This document shows, one piece after another, positions 55,740-64,000 of a stretch of 64,000 bases of DNA. The stretch lies in the NCBI RefSeq assembly GCF_009914755.1, contig NC_060937.1; one strand, given 5' to 3'. How positions within the stretch are numbered: position 1 is the first letter of the stretch; every line of letters starts with the position of its first letter. The notes beneath the pieces are model-generated. The model saw nothing but the letters and a program-made list of their open reading frames with translations, had not been told where the DNA came from and ran no database searches. Origin of the DNA: the human T2T-CHM13v2.0 reference genome, Homo sapiens. The position numbers and the translations under genes are program-made.

Positions 55740-55794
55740 TTAGGTTGGTACAAAAGTAATTGTGGTTTTTGCCATTACTTTTGCACCATGTTAA
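55740..55794. mobile_element. MADE1 (Hsmar1 MITE) with internal deletion
   Basis: TTAGGTTGGTACAAAAGTAATTGTGGTTTTTGCCATTACTTTTGCACCA..TAA flanked by TA. Confidence 0.9.
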
Positions 55795-56660
55795 TATTTA
55801 TAAAGGATTGTCAATCAGTCATTTGTTGAGCTACATTGCACACTGAGGTTGATGAAGCGAGCTGGTTGACCTGTTGCCTGGTGATGGCTGAGCGAGAGGA
55901 CGTCAGCATGTCTTTGCATCTGGGGTTCCCAGATCAGAGCCCTGAAAAGCAGCCACAGTTGTTCCTGACCCAGTTGTTCGCAAGTTCTCCATTGAGTTTT
56001 CCCTTCTGTGGTTTTCAAAGAAACTGAACCGGGAGGAACTGATAACAAGAATGAGAAGACACAGGCAAGACACCACATATTGCACACGTGGATTGCAGTA
56101 TGGTTAATAACAATAATAAAAGTCACCTGAATCAAAAGTGGTATTAATAGAAGTGGCTAAATATCAGACATCAACTAAGTAAATATAGTAAATATTAAGA
56201 TTCCCTTTCTCAGGGAAATAAAACATAGAAAAATAGAGAAAGCTTAATGGAATTTAAGTTCTAGCACCTTCAAAATCCCTAACCTACCAATTAATATTCA
56301 GCGATGCCTTCCTCATTCTTTCTTTTTTTTCTAATTTCTTTCATATCATTTTTACGTTTACTTTCTCTTCGTAAAAATTTCCATGTCTATTTTGTATATA
56401 TCAAAACCATTTATCATTTAGTTTGTGGTATTTTTGCACCTTCTCTTTTCACAGTAATATAATACCTCTCTCTGTATATTTGTACCTTTATCAATCAAAA
56501 TTATATATACTAATTAAATACAATTTTATATAGGTCAATATAATAAAATTATATGAATATGCATATATATATATATAACTGTGTCAATTAAAAACACATA
56601 ATTACTCTCAGAAATGCTGACACTCATGCTAAATTGTTCCTTCTCACTCATCCTCTGCAG

Positions 56661-56900
56661 ATGGCGGCCATCAATGTTGATTCAGAAGTGAAGCCAAAAC
56701 ATAATTTCCTGGCACTATTCTGGAAGGAAAATAAGTGAGATAAAGTAAAAATGACTACATAGCCAATTAGAAAAAGCAACTACCACCTCCACTCCAAAAA
56801 AGTCATGTAAATAACTTCTAGTCTGTGACTCGTCTTCACCATTCTGTGCACTGGCTTTAAAGGAGCGTTTTACACTCAAATTAAATATTCTCTTTGCTCA
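56661..56900 (+). other. Candidate terminal exon (25-codon ATG ORF, ATTAAA at 56880)
   Basis: Acceptor TTGTTCCTTCTCACTCATCCTCTGCAG|ATGG; possible upstream GC-type donor CAG|GCAAGA at 56064/56065. Confidence 0.4.
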
Positions 56901-57684
56901 AAACTCTATGATTTTAATTTCTAAACATGCATCTTAAAGCAAAGAATTTTGCTGATTTGTTTTTTCTGTATGAGATCTTAAAATGTCTATTTTTCACAAA
57001 CTGATAAAAATTAATCCTCCATGAAATTAAAAAGATTCAGTCACACACCATTATAATACTGAATCTTCTTTTTTTTCTCATTTTTATTTCTACTTGGTCC
57101 TTCTTTAAATTTGTAATACGTCTTTTTCCAAGATATTGTTTGATTCTAAACCCATACACTGATATCAAAATTAATTACTTAACAAAATCCCAAGAATGAA
57201 TCTTACATCCTTAAGGAGAAGAACATTAATCTGACTCAGACTGACTGAATTTAAAATTTATTTGCAGTTAACATAAAACATTCAGTTTTAAGATCATTGT
57301 TACATTTTCAAACAGGCAAATCTTGAAAGACTTGCCTAGATTTGCTCTCAGCATAATTTATATATTTTTTTCTCTAAGAAATAGTTTAGCTTCCACTTAA
57401 AATGCATGATGTACATATCTGCCATATTTTGTTTTATTTTAGAGATCTAAATTCTACATTAAGTAGAATATGCAGTTTTAGATTAAAAAAACAGAAAACC
57501 TTTTAAATGACTTGGTGTCTTTTTTTATGTCCTTTCAACAAAGTGGGCTTTAGTCAGTGGGATGAAAGTAGTAAAAAAAAAAAAAAAATTTAAGAAAGGA
57601 AGAAATAAAAATGTTAAAAGGACAAGGTGAATTAAAATCATGGTAGCACAAGTTCGTGGTCTACAGGGTAAAATGTGAAGACAA

Positions 57685-57960
57685 GGCCAGGCATGGGGAC
57701 TCACGCCTCTAATCCCAGCACTTTGCGAGGCTGAGGCCAGGAGTTTGAGACCAGCCTGAGCAACATGGTGAAACCCCATATCTACTAAAAGTACAAAAAT
57801 TAGCCAGGCATTGTGGTGCGTGCCTTTAATGACAGTTACTTGGGAGGCTGAGGCAGGAGAACTGCTTGAACCTGGGAGGTGGAGGTTGCAGTCAGCTGAG
57901 ATTTTGCCACTGCTCTCCAGCCTGGGTGACAGAGCAAGACTCTGCCTTTGGGAAAAAAAA
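57685..57960 (+). mobile_element. Alu SINE (old, Jb/S-like) with left-arm deletion
   Basis: GAGGCTGAGGCCAGGAGTTTGAGACC lacks ~20 nt; TSD TGAAGAC(A/G)A. Confidence 0.92.
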
Positions 57961-60112
57961 TTGAAGACGATCACAGTCATACACGTTACAGGACAGTCTT
58001 CCCTACTATTTGACAAAGGCATAAGAAGCCCTCCATTGTCAGTTTTCTGTAAGGTTAGATTTGAATCAGAGATCCAACTTTCTATGACCATGTTCCCCTG
58101 AATTCATTGCATCAGGTTTTAGTGGTCACCATAGGAAGCAGAATCTTGAGAGAATGGAACCTAGAACAGGCACCTTGTTGATGGGGGTGAAAAAGAAACA
58201 AAGAAATTGGAAATATGTGGAGTTTACGTCCAGAGGGGAGAGAGGAAGAATGACTATGTGAGGAGAAACATAATTGGTCAGTGCATTAAAGAAAAATTTC
58301 ATCATATGACCATTTTTTCCCAAGGCCAAGTCAAGAGAAGTCATGATTCAGCACAGAGAGTAAGGCTGGAAAAGACTTACAAGAAATGAGAATTATTTGA
58401 GTTGCTCATTCCAGTGTCTTGGCCTTTTTCATAGCCATTTTTGCTATTTTCCTATCCTTGCATTTCTCTCCTTTTCTTAACATACTTTTGACAAGACAAA
58501 AAAACAAAATGACCTGCAGTCAAATCACTGTTTCAAGTAAGAAAGTATAGAATGATAACAATATTTTAGATATATTGGTTTCAATAAAATATATTATAAA
58601 ATTTTTTTTAAAAAGAAAGTATAGAGAAATCTCTTCTAGCAAATAGTCGACTTCCTTTTTTAATTCCTTAGGATAGGCCCAAACATATTAAGTTCAATGT
58701 CTGTCTGGGACATACCATATTTACTCGTGCAGTTCTTAAGTTCATAAGGGATTCCCAATCACAGCTACTGAAATCTTACCCATTCCTTCCCACCTGTCAG
58801 TGGTTTTAAACCTTGGAAAAATTGGGGCAGGGGTGGGAGAATTTCAAAAGAGAAAACAGAAAAATCAAAGAGAACAAAAGACGAAGGGAAGCTGAGAAGA
58901 GAAACGTCAGATTGGGAGAGTGGGTATCTGTGGGAGATGCTGCATTCACTCAGGAGGAAGGAAGAAGAATGGACATCACCAAAAATCTATCAGCCAGGCT
59001 CTCTCATTTCTTCTCTCCTTTCGTTCGTTCCAAACGTCACACAGGGAGCACGGATCCAAAGTACTTCCATTTTTTTCTCACAGTAGAATAACTTCATAGA
59101 ATAAAATTCTACACTGTTACAATGAAATCCAGCACAAAATATTTTATTTTGTGACTAACATTTGAAATGATCCCAAGAAGATAACTTCAGCCAGAGAGGA
59201 GATCTCCCTCTCCAATCTTGGATCTGGGAAAAGCACCTACCCTTTTGGCTCAAGATAGGACATAAGAATGGAGGTTTTTAAACTCTCCTTCTCAGTTTTT
59301 TCTTTTCTATATTTCCTGGAACAATTCCTGGGACTAGACATTTGAAAAGGTGAGATAAATTATACCAACCTTTTCAGGATCACATATCTACTGTATGTAC
59401 AAATAATAAACTCATCTGTCGTGCTTAAAGCATTCCAATAACTAAGGGTTTGCAATGTCTGACTGGGATGATTCAGAAAATACATGTCTTCCACAACTAT
59501 TTTTATGGATCCCTAATTTGGATTGTTATAGCTCATCTCCCTCTCCTGATTCTTTTAAACTATATCCAAGCCACATAAAATAATATATTCTACCAGACAT
59601 TCCTTATTTCCTTCAACACCTTCACTGAATTAAAATCAGAAGCTAAAGAATGCAATGTTTCTTTTCTGTACCCTAGGCATAATTCCAGTTTTGACTCATA
59701 TGTATATAAAGTACGTAAGCATCTTGATTCTTCCAGATCATTTCCTGACCTAACTTCTTTGAAAACTACATAGAAGAGGTAAAAGAACAGTATTGACCCT
59801 TTTATTCTACATGGTAGGGCCCTTCAGAAGTCTAAACAGTCTTTTCTGCAGTTTGTGGTGAAGATTCCTCCTTAATTGCAGTCCTTAAAAACATCTATCA
59901 GAAGACTAATAGTTTTGTTAATTGAATTTTTTTCTTTATTCATCTATGTTTCCAATAAATATTTTGTCACTATTATAGTTAGAGAGCCTTTGACCACTTA
60001 ATGTCCAAAACCAGTCCAAGCCTGTCTTCAAAGCATTCCAACAGTATCATAATCTACACAATTATGTCTACAAAAATTGGGTTTAAAAACCACTACTTTT
60101 TAGGTGACTTCT

Positions 60113-60904
60113 CTTTTTACATTTTTATTTATATTTTAAGTTCCGGTACACGTGCAGGATGTGGAGGTTTTTTACTTAGGTAAACGTGTGCTATGGTGGT
60201 TTGCTGCACCTATCAACCCATCACCTAGGTATTAAGCCCAGCATGCATTACCTATTTTTCCTAATGCTCTCCCTCCCCACACCCTACCCCCGACAAGCCC
60301 CAGTGTGCATTTTTCCCCTACCTGTGTCCATGTGTTCTCATTGTTCAGCTCCCACTTATAAGTGAGAACATACAGTGTTTGGTTTTCTGTTCCTGCTTTA
60401 GTTTGCTAAGGATAATGGCTTCTGGTTCCATCCATGTCCCTGCAAAGGACATGATCTCATTCCTTTTTATGGCTGCATAGTATTCCATCATGCATATGTA
60501 CCACAAACAACCCCATTAAAAAGTGGGCAAAGGACATGAACAGACACTTCTCAAAAGAAGACATTCACACGACCAACAAACATATAAAAAAAAAAGCTCA
60601 ACATTACTGGTCATTAGAGAAATGCAAATCAAAACCAAAATGAGATACCATCTCATGCCAGTCAGAATGGCAATTATTAAAAACTCAAGAAACAACAGAC
60701 GCTGACAAGGTTGTGAAGAAATAGAAACATTTTTATACTGTTGGTAGGAATGTTAATTAGTTCATCCATTGTGGAAGATGGCGTGGTGTTTCCTCTAAAA
60801 TCTAGAACCAGAAATACCATTTGACTCAGCAATCTCATTACTGGGTATGTACCCAAAGGAATATAAATCATTCTATTACAAAGATACATGCACATGTATG
60901 TTCA
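60113..60904 (-). mobile_element. L1PA (L1PA8-like) 5'-truncated insertion with 5' inversion (twin priming)
   Basis: Antisense L1PA 3' UTR 60113-~60505 fused to sense-oriented ORF2-end segment ~60503-60904; TSD TAGGTGACTTCT at 60101-60112 and 60905-60916. Confidence 0.93.
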
Positions 60905-62339
60905 TAGGTGACTTCTTTTTTAATGAAAACTGGGATATGTGTATGAATTTCAATAATGGAATGGGGCTAGGGAGCACCTGAGAAGCTTTAGGATGAAAGT
61001 AGGGCAAATACATTTACAGGGTTGAATACAGAATAAGGTAGTTTATGTTATAAAAATAAGAGTTATATGGAATATGCCTGTTTAAACTGTATGTAACCCT
61101 TCCTCCACCTTCAGAAGGGTATGCTGTTCTGTTCCTCATTTAATCCCAGGTACACAATCAGGAGAATGCTCTTATAACCAGGATAAGCCTGTAATGAACA
61201 GTCTCCTAGCTATTTACTTGAAATCTGTAGCTCATTCTTTGTTTTCAGGCAAAAACACATAATAGCAATCAACTTTTGAAGGAAATAGGAGATCCAAGAC
61301 AATGCAAGCATTTGAATCTCAATTTGGACATCTCTGGATTGTGATCCAGTTAAATAATGCCTCCCACTGTAGTTCCTCAGTCCAGTGCAAAGTCAAGCCC
61401 CAAATGGCTGAATGAAAATCTGAAAGGCTTGGAGAAAATAAATGGACTGTCTGCTTTTCATTATGTTCCAGTCTCAGGATGAGGATACATCTGGTTTTCT
61501 GATTACACTTTCCTGTAGTAAAGAAAATTTTAGCCTAGCAGGTCAAACCAGCTGATGACTAGCCAGCTCCAATTACTGACCTGACCTGCTTCTAACCTCA
61601 AAGGGGAAAAAAGAAAACCCTTTTTACTCATTCTTAGAAACCGAAATATGGGTGTAGAAGGTTGTTGGTTTTTTTCCCTTGATTAATTAAAGTTGCTTAT
61701 TCAAATTGTGCTTTAGTACATAGTCTTTAATTATAAACAAAATAATGCCTGACTTCCTTTATAAAACAACACTCTAAGGAAAAGAGAAAGAGAGGCTAGA
61801 CCCTTTTATTCTTGTAATAAAAAACAACAAAAGCACAGCAATTTCAATATGGCATTTGGAACTTGATTTGTTCTATTTAATGAATAAAAGATAATAGTAT
61901 TTCTGAAAGGAGACAGTGTCTCTTTAGATAAGGCTTTTCAAACACTTTTTTGTTTGTTTGTTTTTGTTTTTGTTTTTTGTAAATGGGCATCATTCTAAGA
62001 GCCATTTCCAACTTACAAATAAATATCACCATGGGTTTCAACTAACTCAACTAACTCAACCAGCTTTGCTGGTATATTCGAAATATGTTCACCAGATCTA
62101 CCTATAGCTCCACCTGAAAAAATTCCGCACCGCTTCCCAATTTATGAAGGGATTGCACAATAATTTAACACAAATTCTGTCAAGCATTTTAAAGCAACAG
62201 GAAAAATCCTTAGCTCCATGTTGAGAGAAAGCTAATTCAAGCCAATCCCTTGCAGGAGAATGCACATAAACCCGCCACTTCTGTTTGCATGTTATGATTT
62301 GAAATGTAGTTTGTTTCTTAGGTGAATGTAGCTTTTGTA

Positions 62340-62419
62340 TTAGGTTGAACCATCTGAAATTGCCAATATTTGACTTTTTGGACCTATGAAAATGACAATT
62401 TCAGATGGCTCAAACTAAT
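62340..62419. mobile_element. MADE2-like mariner MITE (80-bp hairpin)
   Basis: TIRs TTAGGTTGAACCATCTGAAATTGCCA / TGACAATTTCAGATGGCTCAAACTAA (23/26 complementary); TA on left. Confidence 0.85.
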
Positions 62420-63859
62420 TTTAAAAAGATACTGTATGTAATGAAATAATTATATTCAATATGTCTAAATAGTCATTTCTTTAAGTCTGTAACCAGACTT
62501 TTAAAGATAATTATTTTCCAACTTAGTGGGATGATGAATCACCAGCAACATTCCTAAACTCTATTGATATGAAGAAACAGTCTCTGTAGTGTGTTTCTGC
62601 AACGATACTTTACAAAAAAGCAAACTTCATCCCTCACTTCAGAAGAAACACACAAATATTCATTTTGATTTACATTTTGTACCATCCTTGTAAAGCAGGT
62701 AGCGGTTTGCCCATTTTAGCCATAAACTAATTAAGAGAGAGAATATAAGTAACAGGGCAAGAATTACTCTGAGTCTGCTTCCAAATCCATCCCCAGAACC
62801 TGGACTTAACTCTCTTCTTTGGAGTATTTAAATCTCACTCAGCAAATGAATGCTGATTCTCTGGACACTTTTAATGAGTATAGATCTGAATAGTCCATAG
62901 ATGCTTGCTTTAAAGGCTTTTAATTAAATCATGCAAGTAAAAATACAAATAAAAAGTATGTGTGCATTCATGTTATCATGTCTGATTGCTTCTCCTCTTT
63001 TTTATTCCATATTCTAATGAACATATTTAAGTTTCAATCAACATTTTTGCTGATTTTTATGTGTCAAACTCGTCAATGGCTTCTGTTAAGTCTGAAAAGT
63101 TACTGGGTTAGGAAGAACATTGCATTATTAACTAGAATCTGAAAAATCAGTAGAAGAATATTAACGGATCTAATGAACATAATGAACAGCATAGCCTTAT
63201 AGAATGGTTGGCAAAAAAATACACTGCAGAGGACCACGCAACATTCTCTTTAACGTGTGCACGTTGAGCACATGACTGCAAAGCCCACTTCTCTTTCACT
63301 TAAGGTGAAGATGCTTCCGCTGAACCTCCTATCTGACAGCATTCCCACAGCCGAGCAAACATTTATAATTAAAAGTTTTTAGCATGCCAAGGCAGGAAGT
63401 TGCTCTCTGGGCTGCGCTCCTGCTTTTCATTCTGTTCATTTGCCGGTTTTAAAATGACGTCCTTTCCATTTTGCCGCCTGCAGTGCAATTCAGAGCTGAC
63501 CTCTTTGTCTCTCTGTGTTCCCCCACGCAAAACAAACTGCACCCACACATTGCTCAGCTGCTTGTCTGCAACCATGAACTACTTTCACACCCGAGGGAGG
63601 AATGTCCCTTTTGTTTTAAAGAAACTGAAATGTTGAATGTTTTCAACCAAGTCTACATCCTTTCGTGCTTTTGGTATTGTGTCTACCAGAGGTTGATGGT
63701 TCAATACAGTCTTGGTAACAATTATAATCTATCAAAAATAACAATATCAGCAACCATAAATGCTCAGAGGAAATCATAAAACACTACCTGCCTTGCGTGC
63801 TCAACAGATAATCATGCCCACTCTAATCCCAGCTTTAAACATCAGCATTTTCCCCTCTA

Positions 63860-64000
63860 GCACTCTCCATTTTAGGACAAGGCTTCTTAAAGAGCTCGCT
63901 GCACTCCCTGCCTCACATCCTCACCCTCCCAAGAGTCTCCTTATCCCACTGCCTTCTGACAGGCCCTGCCACCATCCTTTTTTTAGGGATTCCCAGTGAC
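63860..64000 (+). mobile_element. L2 fragment running off the window edge
   Basis: CTTCTTAAAGAG...CACTCCCTGCCTCACATCCTCACC...CCCACTGCC..CTGAC...CCCTGCCACC. Confidence 0.55.

Noticed and set aside
57525-58091. 188-aa ORF and the other ORFs containing LSPRLECSG / PASASQ / WEAEAG words
   Set aside because: These are Alu read-through translations, not genes.
60523-60705. ORF resembling the L1 ORF2 C-terminus ([19 protein letters not shown])
   Set aside because: Fragment of a truncated, inverted, dead L1PA; not a functional CDS.

Overview
This is primate (human-like) genomic DNA, not prokaryotic. It is AT-rich, CpG-depleted and dense in interspersed repeats: about 15 Alu/FLAM copies, L1 and L2 relics, MIRs, MaLR/ERVL solo LTRs (MLT1, THE1, LTR40), and DNA-transposon MITEs (MER5, MER58B, MER47A, MER63, MER20, MER2, MER30, MARNA, MADE1, MADE2). 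I recognise no protein-coding gene. The supplied ORFs are mostly Alu/L1/L2/microsatellite read-throughs or short chance ORFs. The non-repeat DNA holds several isolated exon-like segments with good splice or poly(A) signals on both strands, plus small CpG/motif clusters, consistent with an intergenic or intronic lncRNA/enhancer region; I cannot name the locus. The clearest structural observations are a twin-primed (5'-inverted) L1PA with TSDs, a 61-nt TSD-flanked micro-insertion, a MADE2 hairpin with a matched base change in both arms, a segment with exon-like signals on both strands, and several local duplications and hairpins. No novel multi-gene system is demonstrable from sequence alone. 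Repeat family names come from recalled consensus sequences, and boundaries are approximate unless TSDs are quoted.
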